Source of the DNA: Terriglobia bacterium
Lineage (GTDB): Bacteria > Acidobacteriota > Polarisedimenticolia > Polarisedimenticolales > JAIQFR01
Direction of reading: 5' to 3'
NCBI GenBank assembly: GCA_963748015.1
Contig: CAVVHE010000004.1
Location: 992,001-1,056,000 of the forward strand
Length of the DNA: 64,000 bases
The position numbers were made by a program, and so were the translations under genes. Of the stretch, positions 14,492 to 24,544 are shown piece by piece. The notes under the pieces are model-generated. The model did not search any database and was not told where the DNA came from. It worked only from the letters and a program-made list of their open reading frames with translations. Each line of letters opens with the position of its first letter. Position 1 is the stretch's first letter.

Positions 14492-15367
14492 TCAGTCGAG
14501 GTAACGGCCCACGATCGCCCGGAGTCTCTCCCTCGCCTCCGCGGGGACAGCGTCGCGGCGCGTGATGATCGCGTGCTCGAGGGCCCGTCCGCATCCGCAC
14601 GCGGCGCGCTCCTCCGGCAGCTCGAGCGCGGTACGGCGCAGGACGGCGGCCGCGAGCCGGCTGTTCGCCCGCAGGTTCTCGAGGACGGCGCCGATCGTCA
14701 CGTCCTCCTCCTCCTCGTGCCAGCAGTCGAAATCGGTGACGAGCGCGACCGTGGCGTAGCAGATCTCCGCCTCCCGCGACAGCTTCGCCTCCTGGAGGTT
14801 CGTCATCCCGATGACGTCCACCCCCCACGACCGGTAGAGCAGCGACTCTGCCCGGGTCGAGAACGCGGGTCCCTCCATGCACAGGTAGGTCCCCCCGTCG
14901 TGCGTCGTGGCCCCCTCCCGGCGGGCGCATTCCAGCAAGATCCTCCTCGTCTCGGGACAGACCGGGTCCGCGAACATCACGTGCGCGACGATGCCCCCGC
15001 CGAAGAAGGTCGAGGCCCGCCCCCGCGTCCGGTCCACGAACTGGTCGGGAAAGACCATGTCGCGCGGCCGGATCTCCTCCTTCATGGAGCCCACCGCCGA
15101 AGCCGACAGGATCCGCTCGACACCGAGGAGCTTGAACCCGTAGACGTTCGCGCGGTAGTTGATCTCCGACGGGAGGAGCTGGTGGGCGCGCCCGTGGCGC
15201 GCGAGGAACGCGACGTCCCGCCCGTCGAGCCTCCCCACGAGGTACGCGTCGGACGGGGCGCCGAAAGGCGTTTCGACGCGAGTCTCCTCGAATCCGTCGA
15301 GACCCGCCAGCTCGTAGAGCCCGCTCCCTCCGATGATGCCGATGCGCGCGCGGGGAGCGGAGGTCAA
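14492..15367 (-). CDS. mtnP: S-methyl-5'-thioadenosine phosphorylase
   Basis: IGIIGGSGLY, TPFGAPSD, ARHGRAH, EGPAFSTRAES, GMT, VTDFDCWH. Confidence 0.95.
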   Translation of the reverse strand: MTSAPRARIGIIGGSGLYELAGLDGFEETRVETPFGAPSDAYLVGRLDGRDVAFLARHGRAHQLLPSEINYRANVYGFKLLGVERILSASAVGSMKEEIRPRDMVFPDQFVDRTRGRASTFFGGGIVAHVMFADPVCPETRRILLECARREGATTHDGGTYLCMEGPAFSTRAESLLYRSWGVDVIGMTNLQEAKLSREAEICYATVALVTDFDCWHEEEEDVTIGAVLENLRANSRLAAAVLRRTALELPEERAACGCGRALEHAIITRRDAVPAEARERLRAIVGRYLD

Positions 15368-17346
15368 GGATGCCCCCCGCCCGCCTTGGCCTCGACCCAG
15401 GCGCGAGCCTCCTGCCCCAGCTTCTCGCCGTCGCCCGCCTTCCGGGTCTCGCCGTCCCACGAGATCGTCGCGGACGGCTTCCGGGCATCGAGGGAACCGT
15501 TGGCCACGACGCTCCACGCGCAGCGTACGCCCAGCGCCGCCCGTCGGAGCGCGGCGGTGTCCGGGTCGCCCGGCCTGCCGTCGATGCGGATCGCCATCGG
15601 CGGGCGGACCGCCTCCTCGATGGCGAGTGCCAGACCGGTGGCCTGCACCCCGTACGCCGCGAGGTCGCCCGCGAACGCGCCGAGGATCGAGACGGCCTGC
15701 TCCCTGAGATCCTCCCCCGCCCCGAGCGCGTGGAGACGCAGCATGGCTCGCGCGAGGAGGGCGTTCTCCCGGGGCGGACGCCTCGGATTGGCGAGGATGC
15801 CCAGCGGCGCGGCGCCCGGCAGCACGTCGCGGAACCCGGCCTCGCCGGGAACCAGGAGGTTCCTCGTGCAGAAGGTGACGATGTCCCGCGCGGCGTCGAG
15901 GTATCTCGACTCTCCGGTGGTCTGGTAGGCGTCCACGAGCCCGAAGGCGGCCTCCGCCTGGTCCGCGAGATGCCGCCGGTCGTCTGGGGCGGGCTCGATC
16001 ACGTGGCCGACGCCACGACCCGCCTGGTAGGCCTTCGAGAGCACCAGATCCAGAGCGCCGCGGCCGGCTTTCTGCAGGGAATCGTCGGCCAGGAAACTCC
16101 CCGCGCGAAGAAGGGCTGCTCCGGCCAGGGCGTTCGATCCGGAGAGAACGAGCCGGTCCAGGCGAGAGTCCCCGGCCTTCGCGCCCGCGCCCTTCGCCGC
16201 CCCCTCCGGCATCTGCGCTAGGTAGAAGCCTCCGCCCGGCCGCGCGAGAACGGTGGTCAGGAAGCGGGCCGTGCCCCGGATCGCGCCCCGCAGATCCTCG
16301 GAGTCGCCCTGCCTCGCCGCCGTCAGAAGCTCGCGCAGCAGGTGGGCGTTCGTCTCGAGCATCTTCTCGGACTCGAGATCCTGCCACGAGGGGGACATCG
16401 CGATGCGGTGCATGCCGCCGCCGTCCCGGTCGTAGAGCGGGCTCGCCACGAGCTTCGTCAGCATGAGACGCGCGGGATCCCTTAGGGCGGGCTCGCCTCG
16501 CGCGGCCCGGGCCGACGCGTACTCGGCGAGTCCCGGCACGAGGAACTTCGGGCCGACGCCGAATCCCCCGTAAGTCATGTCCGCGCTCGCGACCAGCCAG
16601 CGCGCGAGCGCGTCGGAGGTCTCGAACGAGACCTCCCCGCTCTTCGGCTTCGCCGCCGCGTCCTCCTGAATCCACTTCGCCGCCTGCTCGGCGAGCGACG
16701 TCGCGTTGCGGGCGAGATACATGCGCGCCTGCTCCAGCAGGTAGCGCAGCGTCTGCGGGTCCACGAATCCCGCCGTGATCGGGGCCGGGGAACCCGAGGC
16801 ATTCGCGGAGCTGATCATCGGCCTGCCGTCGGGAAGCAGGAAGTTCAGGCCCGGCCAGGATCCGGTCTGGTAGCGCTCGCGGATGTCGGGCCGCCGGTCG
16901 GCGTCGACGACCACGAGGACGAACCCGTCGTTGATCGTCCGGACCACGTCCGGATCCCGGAGCGTCTCGGTCAGGAAGCGCTCGGAGGCGAGGCTCCAGG
17001 GCGCGTGGAGCACGAGGAGGACCGGCCGTCCGAAGAGGGAGGCCGTTCGAAAGGCCGAGAGACCCCAAGGAAGCGGGTAGAGATGCTTGCTGAGCACCTC
17101 GTCCGTCGGCCAGCTCCGGAACGCCTCCTGCGCGGGAAGCGCGAGGTCGACTCCCTTCAGGAAGAAGGGGACCGCGGACGCGGGCTCCGTCTCCTCGGCG
17201 GACTTCGGCGTCTCCTGTGCCAGCGAAGCCTGCGCGAAAGCGCCGGAGAGGAGCGTCAGCGCCGCCAGGGCCGCCGCGATCCTCCCGCGAGAAGTCGACC
17301 CGTCGACGGCGCGAAGCCGGCGGGCGCGGCCGGACTCGATGATCAC
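15364..17346 (-). CDS. YyaL/DUF255-like thioredoxin + alpha/alpha-barrel protein with N-terminal export signal
   Basis: VDADRRPDI..RY...WP..FLLPDG, GGFG..PKF, LYD...GG.HR, EKMLETNA, LADQA; hydrophobic N-terminus with AQA/SLA site. Start uncertain. Confidence 0.75.
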   Translation of the reverse strand: MIIESGRARRLRAVDGSTSRGRIAAALAALTLLSGAFAQASLAQETPKSAEETEPASAVPFFLKGVDLALPAQEAFRSWPTDEVLSKHLYPLPWGLSAFRTASLFGRPVLLVLHAPWSLASERFLTETLRDPDVVRTINDGFVLVVVDADRRPDIRERYQTGSWPGLNFLLPDGRPMISSANASGSPAPITAGFVDPQTLRYLLEQARMYLARNATSLAEQAAKWIQEDAAAKPKSGEVSFETSDALARWLVASADMTYGGFGVGPKFLVPGLAEYASARAARGEPALRDPARLMLTKLVASPLYDRDGGGMHRIAMSPSWQDLESEKMLETNAHLLRELLTAARQGDSEDLRGAIRGTARFLTTVLARPGGGFYLAQMPEGAAKGAGAKAGDSRLDRLVLSGSNALAGAALLRAGSFLADDSLQKAGRGALDLVLSKAYQAGRGVGHVIEPAPDDRRHLADQAEAAFGLVDAYQTTGESRYLDAARDIVTFCTRNLLVPGEAGFRDVLPGAAPLGILANPRRPPRENALLARAMLRLHALGAGEDLREQAVSILGAFAGDLAAYGVQATGLALAIEEAVRPPMAIRIDGRPGDPDTAALRRAALGVRCAWSVVANGSLDARKPSATISWDGETRKAGDGEKLGQEARAWVEAKAGGGHP

Positions 17347-17384
17347 TCGATCCTCCAGCAGTTCAATGAATTCGAGGAAAGACG

Positions 17385-17413
17385 ATTATCCGGGCACCCT
17401 CGCGGGGTGTCAA
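17385..17413 (-). promoter_or_regulatory. Putative sigma70 promoter of the DUF255-mtnP-pfkB operon
   Basis: TTGACA-17 nt-GATAAT on the minus strand. Confidence 0.65.
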
Positions 17414-17526
17414 GGAACGCGGCTCGCGGGCGCGCCCTGCGGACTTGCATCCACGGGTGACGGGCATACGTTTGATGCGAGGGTCGGGCAGGCACGAGAC
17501 GATTACGTTTCCGACAGCAAGGGACC

Positions 17527-19227
17527 TTGGACACCACGAGATATCCGAGAGGACTACCCTGGCTGCTGATCGCGGCGTCGACCGCGTCCGTGGCGATCGT
17601 CCGCCCCGTGCCCTTGGGCGCCCTCGCCGAAGCGCTGCCGCTGACGCTCGTGCTCGCCGCCCTCGCGGGGATGGCGGCGTGGATCGCGTCCCCCCACGAC
17701 CGGGGCCGCCCCGTCCGCGTGGCCCCGACTTTCGTGCTGGCCGCCTTCGAGGTCCTCCCCCTCGCCCCCGCCTTCGCGGTGCTCCTCGTCGCGATCGCGG
17801 GGGGAAAGGGCGGCGGGGTCGCCGGCCCCTCGCGGCGAGGGTTGCGCTCCGCGGCCGCCGTCGCCGCGGGCTCCGCGATGGTCGTCCTCCTTCTCGCCTC
17901 GGCCTCCACCGCTCCGCCTCCCCGCTCCCTCCGCGCGTTCGCCGCCCTCGCCGCGCTCTTTGCCGTCCTCGAGGGAGCGTCCTTCGCGGTCGCCGCCCTG
18001 CTGACCGTCTCGAACGGGCAGGCGCGTGCGGAGGGGTTCGAGCGGGCCCTCCGGCAGGTTCTCCTCGAGTCCGTCAACGTCCCCCTCGCGTGGTGCCTCG
18101 CCGCCTTCCTGCGCTCGGACGCCCTCCCGACGGCCCTTTCCCTCTCGGCCGCGATCCTCCTCGGAGGACTCGCCATGAAGGCCCTCGACCGGGCCCTCGC
18201 CGATCTCACGGTCACGAACGACGTCCTCGCCGCGCGGCTGAGCGAGCTCGCCACGCTCCACGCGGTCGGCAAGGAGATGCTCTCGTCGCTCGATCCCAAG
18301 AGGGTCTTCTCGGTGATCGAGCGCGAGTGCTCGAAGATCCTCGACGTGGACAGCCTCGTCGTGACCCTTGTGGATCCCGACACGAGCGAGACCCGTCTCG
18401 CGCACCGATGGGCGCGCGGCGACCCTGCGGCAGCACCTCTCGCCAAGCCCGGGGACGCCATCGTGAGCTGGGTCGCCCTCGAGAAGCGCCCGCTGCGCGT
18501 GGACGACCTCCGCGAGAGCCCGGAGAATCTCCCCTTCCGCACGGGCGGCCTCGAGGCCGACGTCCGCTCCGTCCTCGCCGTGCCCCTCGTGGTCGAGGAG
18601 CGAGTGACCGGAGTGCTGTCGGTGCGGAGCTCCCGCCCCCGCGCTTACGACGAGCACCAGCTCTCGCTGCTGACCACCATCGCGCAACAGGCCGCGGTCG
18701 CCATCGAGAACGCGCGGCACTACGAGATGGCGACGGTGGACTCCCTGACGCGGCTCTTCCTCCGCGATCACTTCCACCAGCGACTCGAGGAGGAGCACAA
18801 CCGGGCGCGGCGGTACCGCAGCTCCTTCGCGGTGCTCATGCTCGACCTCGACGGCTTCAAGGAGATCAACGACCGCCACGGTCACCTGCAGGGTGACCGT
18901 TACCTGCGAGCGCTCGGCCCCGCCATCCGCTCCGGCCTGCGCGCCGCGGACCTCCCCTGCCGGTACGGCGGCGACGAGTTCTGCCTGCTCCTCCCCGAGA
19001 CCGATCTCGAGGGCGCGCGAGCGATCGCGGAGCGGATCCGCAAGACCGTCGGGCAACTCGAGGTGACGACCGAGGCGGGCCCCTTGAGGACCACCGCGAG
19101 CATCGGGGTGGCGGTGTTCCCGCAGCACGATTCCGGCGACCTGCGCGGATTGCTCCTCCGGGCCGACCAGGCCCTGTATCAGGCCAAGCGGACCGGCCGG
19201 GACCGCGTCGTCCCCTTCGCCGCGTAG
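17527..19227 (+). CDS. Membrane sensor + GAF + GGDEF diguanylate cyclase
   Basis: Several N-terminal TM helices, GAF-like region, DSLT, DLDGFKEINDRHGH..GD, RAAD I-site, RYGGDEF. Confidence 0.92.
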   Translation: MDTTRYPRGLPWLLIAASTASVAIVRPVPLGALAEALPLTLVLAALAGMAAWIASPHDRGRPVRVAPTFVLAAFEVLPLAPAFAVLLVAIAGGKGGGVAGPSRRGLRSAAAVAAGSAMVVLLLASASTAPPPRSLRAFAALAALFAVLEGASFAVAALLTVSNGQARAEGFERALRQVLLESVNVPLAWCLAAFLRSDALPTALSLSAAILLGGLAMKALDRALADLTVTNDVLAARLSELATLHAVGKEMLSSLDPKRVFSVIERECSKILDVDSLVVTLVDPDTSETRLAHRWARGDPAAAPLAKPGDAIVSWVALEKRPLRVDDLRESPENLPFRTGGLEADVRSVLAVPLVVEERVTGVLSVRSSRPRAYDEHQLSLLTTIAQQAAVAIENARHYEMATVDSLTRLFLRDHFHQRLEEEHNRARRYRSSFAVLMLDLDGFKEINDRHGHLQGDRYLRALGPAIRSGLRAADLPCRYGGDEFCLLLPETDLEGARAIAERIRKTVGQLEVTTEAGPLRTTASIGVAVFPQHDSGDLRGLLLRADQALYQAKRTGRDRVVPFAA

Positions 19228-19243
19228 CGGAGATGAAGGGCGA

Positions 19244-19321
19244 GCGGGGCGCGAGACCGGAAGCGTCCGTAGCCGGCCCTTTTCCGGGCCGGCGAGGAAC
19301 GCTTCCGGTCTCGCGCCCCGC
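19244..19321. repeat. 78-nt long palindrome/hairpin between convergent genes
   Basis: Perfect 23-bp inverted repeat (19244-19266 / 19299-19321) enclosing an 8-bp stem GCCGGCCC/GGGCCGGC. Confidence 0.85.
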
Positions 19322-19387
19322 GGTGGTAACACGGGCAGCGCTAGTCCCTTTCCGCCGGCTCCTCGCTGTGGCTTCGATGAGCTCGCT

Positions 19388-20107
19388 CTAGTCGAGAACG
19401 TCGCGGACGCGTTTGCCCGTCCGCGAGAGGAAGCGGTCGGCCAGCGACGGAAGGTCGCCGCTCGGGCGGTCCAGGAGGAGACGCTCGACGCGGTGCATCG
19501 GGAAGAACAGGACGGACGGCCCCACCGCCGCAGCGTCCCCTCGCTCGACCTGCGCGGCCCAGTCGTCGAACGAGGCGAGGTCGATCCCCTCGAGGGTCAC
19601 GCCACTCGACTCCAGCGCGCGCAGCACTCCCCACATCCGCTCGTGCGGCTCGCGGAGATAGAGGAGCACGGGCTGCCCAGGGGCGATGCGCGAGCCGCCC
19701 GCCCCGGGCGGCGCCTCCGAGAACTCGATCAGCACGCCGCCGCAGGATCTCGGGTGCAGGAAAGCCACCCGTCTCCCGCCGGAGCCGGGACGCGCTCCGC
19801 CTCCGAGAATCTCCGCCCCCGCGCCCGCGGCGCGCTCGAGCGCGGCATCGAGGTCGTCCGCCTCGATCGTCAGATGGTGGAGGCCTTCCCCCCGGCGTTC
19901 CAGGTGGCGGGCGATCGCCGACTGCTCCTCGAGCGGCTCCAGCAGCTCCACTCGCGACTCTCCGGCGCGGAGGATCGCCACGCGCACCCCCTCGCTCGGC
20001 ACCGTCTCGATCCCCTCGAGCTCGAGGCCGAGCGCGTCCCTCCAGAGCGCCAAGCGCTCGTCGAGGCTCCGCACGGCGATCCCCACGTGGTCGAGCTTCC
20101 GGCTCAT
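19388..20107 (-). CDS. mce: Methylmalonyl-CoA epimerase with an extra ~100-aa C-terminal domain
   Basis: LDHVGIAV, RVELLEP, GEGLHH, FLHP..GGVLIE; adjacent to meaB. Confidence 0.9.
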   Translation of the reverse strand: MSRKLDHVGIAVRSLDERLALWRDALGLELEGIETVPSEGVRVAILRAGESRVELLEPLEEQSAIARHLERRGEGLHHLTIEADDLDAALERAAGAGAEILGGGARPGSGGRRVAFLHPRSCGGVLIEFSEAPPGAGGSRIAPGQPVLLYLREPHERMWGVLRALESSGVTLEGIDLASFDDWAAQVERGDAAAVGPSVLFFPMHRVERLLLDRPSGDLPSLADRFLSRTGKRVRDVLD

Positions 20108-21087
20108 CGCACCTCCACCCGGGAGAGAACCCGGTCGGCCGCGGTGTAGGGATCCGTCCGCCGCTCCGCGATCTCGTCCACGGCGGCCCGCAGGGCGTCC
20201 CCCGGGAGAACCCTCGCGAGGACGCCTCCCACGAGACGCTCGTACAGGATCGCGCGGAACCGCGCGTCCGCGCGCTCGCGCCGCCGCTCTCCTCGCCTCG
20301 CGGTGCCGGGCCCGCCGGCGAACCGGCGGATCCCTTCTTCGAGCTCGGCGACGCCTTCGTCCCGCACCGCGATCGTCCGGTAGATGGACGGCCTCGGCCG
20401 TCCGTCTTCCGGGACGAGCGCCATCATCGCCTGGAGGTCGGCCGCGAGGCGGTCCGCGTCGGGGCGGTCGGCCTTGTTGATCACGAAGAGATCGGCGATC
20501 TCGAGGATCCCCGCCTTGATCGCCTGGATGTCGTCCCCCATCCCCGGGACCAGGACCACGGCGACGACGTCCGCCGTCCGGGCGATCTCCACCTCGTCCT
20601 GGCCGACCCCCACCGTCTCCACCACGATCGGGTCGTACCCGGCGGCGTCCATCAGGTCGATGGCGTCGCCGGCGGCGCGGCTGAGACCGCCGAGGTGGCC
20701 GCGCGTCGCCATCGAGCGGATGAACACGCCGGGGTCGCTCGCGTGGTCCTGCATGCGCACCCGGTCGCCCAGGATCGCGCCCCCGGAATACGCGCTGCTC
20801 GGGTCCACCGCGATGACCCCCACGCGGCGCCCGGCGGCCCTCAGGCGCGCCACGAGCCGGTCCACGAGGGTCGACTTGCCGGCGCCGGGGGCTCCCGTCA
20901 CGCCGAGGATCGTCGCCGCACCGGCCAGCGGGAACGCCTCCCGCAGGATGGCGGGAGCCGAGGGCGCGAACTCCTCCACGAGGCTGATCGCGCGGGCGAG
21001 CGAGCGTACATCCCCTGCCGCGAGCCGGCGGACCAGGTCGGATCGGGCGTCCCCGTCTGCCATCCGTTCTCGCGGCGCGCCGGTCAC
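20104..21087 (-). CDS. meaB: Methylmalonyl-CoA mutase-associated GTPase
   Basis: [48 protein letters not shown]. Alternative start ATG 21063. Confidence 0.95.
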   Translation of the reverse strand: MTGAPRERMADGDARSDLVRRLAAGDVRSLARAISLVEEFAPSAPAILREAFPLAGAATILGVTGAPGAGKSTLVDRLVARLRAAGRRVGVIAVDPSSAYSGGAILGDRVRMQDHASDPGVFIRSMATRGHLGGLSRAAGDAIDLMDAAGYDPIVVETVGVGQDEVEIARTADVVAVVLVPGMGDDIQAIKAGILEIADLFVINKADRPDADRLAADLQAMMALVPEDGRPRPSIYRTIAVRDEGVAELEEGIRRFAGGPGTARRGERRRERADARFRAILYERLVGGVLARVLPGDALRAAVDEIAERRTDPYTAADRVLSRVEVR

Positions 21088-22229
21088 AGGCTCGAGAGGA
21101 TTTCGCGAGCGATCACGAGGCGCTGGATCTCGCTCGTGCCCTCGCCGATCGTGCACAGCTTCACGTCCCGGTAGAACTTCTCCGCGGGAAAGTCCTTGAC
21201 GTAGCCGTAGCCGCCGAAGATCTGCAGGGCGCGGTCGGCGACGTAGACGCCGGCTTCCGACGCGTAGAGCTTCGCCATCGCGGACTCCCGGGTCGTCTTC
21301 ATCCCCTGGTCCTTCATCCACGCGGCGCGGTGGATCAGCAGGGCGGACGCGTCGATCCGCGTCGCCATCTCCGCGAGCATGAACTGGATCGCCTGGAACT
21401 CCGCGATCGCGCGCCCGAACTGCTGGCGCTCCTTCGCGTACTTCGCCGCCGCCTCGAAAGCCCCCCTCGCCATGCCGAGCGCGAGCGCCGCGATCGAGAT
21501 CCTGCCGCCGTCCAGGATCTTCATCGCGTCCACGAAGCCGTGGCCCCGCTCGCCGAGGAGCGCCGTGGCGCCGACGCGGCAGTCCTCCATGATCACCTCG
21601 GAGGTGTCCGAGGCGCGGAGGCCCATCTTGTCCTCCTTCTTGCCCGGCCGGAAGCCGGGGGTTCCCTTCTCGATCACGAACGCCGAGATCCCGTGCCTGC
21701 CCTTCTCCGGATCGGTCACCGCGAAGACGACGACGACGTCGCCCACCGAGCCGTGCGTGGTGAACGTCTTCGTCCCGTTCAGCACCCAGCCGTCGCCGTC
21801 CGCCCTGGCGACCGTGCGCGTCCCGGCGGCGTCGGAGCCCGCGGTCGGCTCGGTAAGGCTCCAGGCTCCGATCCAGCTACCCGACGCGAGAGGGACCACG
21901 TACTTCCGCTTCTGCTCCTCGGAGCCCGACTGGAAGATGTGGTTCGTGCAGAGGGAGTTGTGGGCCGCGACCGCGATGCCGATGGAGCCGTCCACCCGGG
22001 ACAGCTCCTCCACCGCGATCGCGTATTCCGTGTACCCCAGCCCGGCTCCCCCGTACTCCTCCGGGAAGATGATCCCCAGGAGGCCGAGCTCGCCCGCCTT
22101 GGCGAGGATCTCGCGGGGAAACTCCTGGGACTCGTCGTAGCGCCTGACGTGAGGCGCGATCTCCGTCTCCGCGAACTCCCGCACCGTACGGCGCAGCAAC
22201 TCTTGGTCGTCCCTGAGGCCGAAATCCAC
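21084..22229 (-). CDS. Acyl-CoA dehydrogenase
   Basis: [44 protein letters not shown]. Confidence 0.96.
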   Translation of the reverse strand: MDFGLRDDQELLRRTVREFAETEIAPHVRRYDESQEFPREILAKAGELGLLGIIFPEEYGGAGLGYTEYAIAVEELSRVDGSIGIAVAAHNSLCTNHIFQSGSEEQKRKYVVPLASGSWIGAWSLTEPTAGSDAAGTRTVARADGDGWVLNGTKTFTTHGSVGDVVVVFAVTDPEKGRHGISAFVIEKGTPGFRPGKKEDKMGLRASDTSEVIMEDCRVGATALLGERGHGFVDAMKILDGGRISIAALALGMARGAFEAAAKYAKERQQFGRAIAEFQAIQFMLAEMATRIDASALLIHRAAWMKDQGMKTTRESAMAKLYASEAGVYVADRALQIFGGYGYVKDFPAEKFYRDVKLCTIGEGTSEIQRLVIAREILSSL

Positions 22230-22267
22230 TTGCTCCCCCTTTCAGCAATGTCCGAACAAATGGGAAG

Positions 22268-22273
22268 ATTATA
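22268..22273 (-). promoter_or_regulatory. Putative -10 box for the acyl-CoA dehydrogenase-meaB-mce operon
   Basis: TATAAT on the minus strand in an AT-rich intergenic patch; no good -35. Confidence 0.45.
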
Positions 22274-22323
22274 TACGTGGCGCCGCGGCGCGGGTCGAGG
22301 CCTTTCGCCCGGAGCCCGCCGGC

Positions 22324-23370
22324 TCAGCGGCCCGCGCGCCCGACCTCCCGCAGGGCCGCGAGCGCCCTCTCGAGCCCCGGGTCGTCCACGTCGAGATGCG
22401 TGACGAAGCGCACGCGCCCCGGCCCCATGCCTCCCGCCAGCACCCCTCGCTCGCGTAGGGCCGCGAGAACCCCGTCCGCTGAGGCGGGAGGGGCCACCTC
22501 GGCGATGACGATGTTCGTCCTCACGGCCGCGGGATCGATCCGGAACGCCGGAAGCTCCGCGAGAGCCGCGGCGAGCCGCGACGCCCGGCGGTGGTCCTCG
22601 GCGAGCCGGTCCACGTGGTAGGTGAGCGCGTGGAGCCCCGCGGCGGCGAGAACGCCCGCTTGCCGCATGGCGCCGCCCATCCGCTTCCGCACGACCCGCG
22701 CCTCGGCCACGAGGGCCCGGCTCCCGCACAGCGCCGACCCGACCGGTGCCCCGAGCCCTTTCGAGAAGCAGAACATCACCGTGTCGAAGCCGCGCGCCAG
22801 CTCCGCCGCGGGGGCGCCGAGCGCCTCGGCGGCGTTGAAGATCCGCGCGCCGTCGAGATGCGCCGCCAGCCCGTGCCCCTTCGCGGCGGCGATCAGGGCA
22901 TCCTTCCGCGCGACCGGGAGCACGACACCGCCGCCGTGGTTGTGCGTGTTCTCGAGGACGAGTAGGGTCGCGCGGGCCATGTAGTAGGGTCCCGGTTTCG
23001 CCGCGGTCGCCACGGCCTCGGCGTCGAGAACGTAGCCCGGGCCCGAGAGCACGCGAGGCATCGCGCCGGACCACGCCGTCATCGCTCCCAGCTCGTAGTT
23101 GTAGACGTGGCTGCCGGCCTCGAGGATCACGTCCGTGCCGGGCCGGCTCAGGAGGTGGATCGCGATCTGGTTCCCCATCGTCCCGGTGGGCACGAAGATC
23201 GACGCCTCGTGGCCGAGGCGCCCCGCCGCCGCCTCTTCCAGCCGCCGGATCGTCGGGTCTTCGCCGTAGACGTCGTCGCCGACCTCCGCCTCAGCCATCG
23301 CTCGCCGCATCGCGTCGGTCGGCCGGGTCACCGTGTCGCTTCGAAGGTCCACGAACTCGCGATCGCTCAT
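22324..23370 (-). CDS. ltaE: Low-specificity L-threonine aldolase (PLP)
   Basis: DLRSDTVT, GDDVYGEDP, ENTHN, HLDGARIFNA, SKGLGAPVGS. Confidence 0.95.
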   Translation of the reverse strand: MSDREFVDLRSDTVTRPTDAMRRAMAEAEVGDDVYGEDPTIRRLEEAAAGRLGHEASIFVPTGTMGNQIAIHLLSRPGTDVILEAGSHVYNYELGAMTAWSGAMPRVLSGPGYVLDAEAVATAAKPGPYYMARATLLVLENTHNHGGGVVLPVARKDALIAAAKGHGLAAHLDGARIFNAAEALGAPAAELARGFDTVMFCFSKGLGAPVGSALCGSRALVAEARVVRKRMGGAMRQAGVLAAAGLHALTYHVDRLAEDHRRASRLAAALAELPAFRIDPAAVRTNIVIAEVAPPASADGVLAALRERGVLAGGMGPGRVRFVTHLDVDDPGLERALAALREVGRAGR

Positions 23371-23395
23371 GTCGCTCTCCCCGCCGCTTCCCTCT

Positions 23396-24544
23396 TCAGA
23401 TCAGCTCGGCGAACAGCTCGTTGCTCCGCAGGCGCCCCCAGCGCGTCAGCCGGACCCGTGTGCCCGTGCGCTCGATCAGACCCGCGGACTCGGCCTTCTC
23501 CCACGTCTCACGGTGCTTGCGCTCGAGCTCGACACCGTGGGTTTCTTCGACGTCGAGCAGGTCGACTCCCGACGCGAGCCTCAGCCCCATGACGAGGGCC
23601 TCGGCCGCCCTGCGATCCGCATCGTACCCCTCGGCGGCGTCCACGGGGTCCTCCCCCGCCTCGAGCCGCGAGAGGTACGCGTCCAGGTCGCGAACGTTCG
23701 CGCGGCGCTCCCCCGCGAGGTGCGCGTGGGCGCCGACCCCGAACCCCGCGTAGGGGGCGTCGGTCCAGTACTTGATGTTGTGCCGGCTCTCGTGCCCCGG
23801 CTTCGCGAAATTCGAGATCTCGTAGGCCGCGAATCCCGCGTCCTCGAGGATGTCGACCGTCGTCCCGTACGCGTCGGCGAGGGCGTCGTCGTCCTCCGGC
23901 GCGATCCTCCCGGCCCGGAGCGCTCGGGTGAGCGGCGTGTCCTTGTCGGTCTCGAGCAGGTAGACGGAAACGTGGTCCGGCTCGAGCGCGACCGCCGCCT
24001 CGACGGTCCGCCCCCACGCCACGAGGCGCTCGCCCGGCAGCCCGGCGATCAGGTCGAGGCCGACCGACCGGAACCCGGCCTCGCGGGCCGCCTTCACCGC
24101 GGCGGCAGCCGACCGCGCGTCGTGGAGGCGCCCCACGCCGCGAAGCACGCCGTCGTCCAGCGACTGGACCCCCACGCACACGCGGTTGACGCCGGCGTCC
24201 CGGTACCCCTCGAGGTTGCCGGCCGACAGGCTCTCGGGATTCCCCTCGATCGTGATCTCGGCGCCCGGCGCGAGGTCGAACCGCTCCCCCAGCGCCCCGA
24301 GCAGCGCGCGGAGCTGCTTGGCACTCATCCGGGAGGGTGTTCCGCCGCCGACGTAGACCGTGTCCGCGACGCGCGGCGCCTTCGGCTGGAACGCGAGAAT
24401 CTCCCGCCGGAGCGCGCCAAGGTACGGCTCGATCCGGTCGTCCCTCCCGGCGACGGTGGCGAAATCGCAATACGAGCAGCGGGCCGCGCAGAACGGGAAG
24501 TGCACGTACACGCCCGCCGGGCCTCGGGGGGCGTGGAAGGGCAT
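23396..24544 (-). CDS. hemW: Radical SAM heme chaperone
   Basis: YVHFPFCAARCSYCDF, GGGTPS, YEISNFA, HNIKYW. Confidence 0.92.
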   Translation of the reverse strand: MPFHAPRGPAGVYVHFPFCAARCSYCDFATVAGRDDRIEPYLGALRREILAFQPKAPRVADTVYVGGGTPSRMSAKQLRALLGALGERFDLAPGAEITIEGNPESLSAGNLEGYRDAGVNRVCVGVQSLDDGVLRGVGRLHDARSAAAAVKAAREAGFRSVGLDLIAGLPGERLVAWGRTVEAAVALEPDHVSVYLLETDKDTPLTRALRAGRIAPEDDDALADAYGTTVDILEDAGFAAYEISNFAKPGHESRHNIKYWTDAPYAGFGVGAHAHLAGERRANVRDLDAYLSRLEAGEDPVDAAEGYDADRRAAEALVMGLRLASGVDLLDVEETHGVELERKHRETWEKAESAGLIERTGTRVRLTRWGRLRSNELFAELI

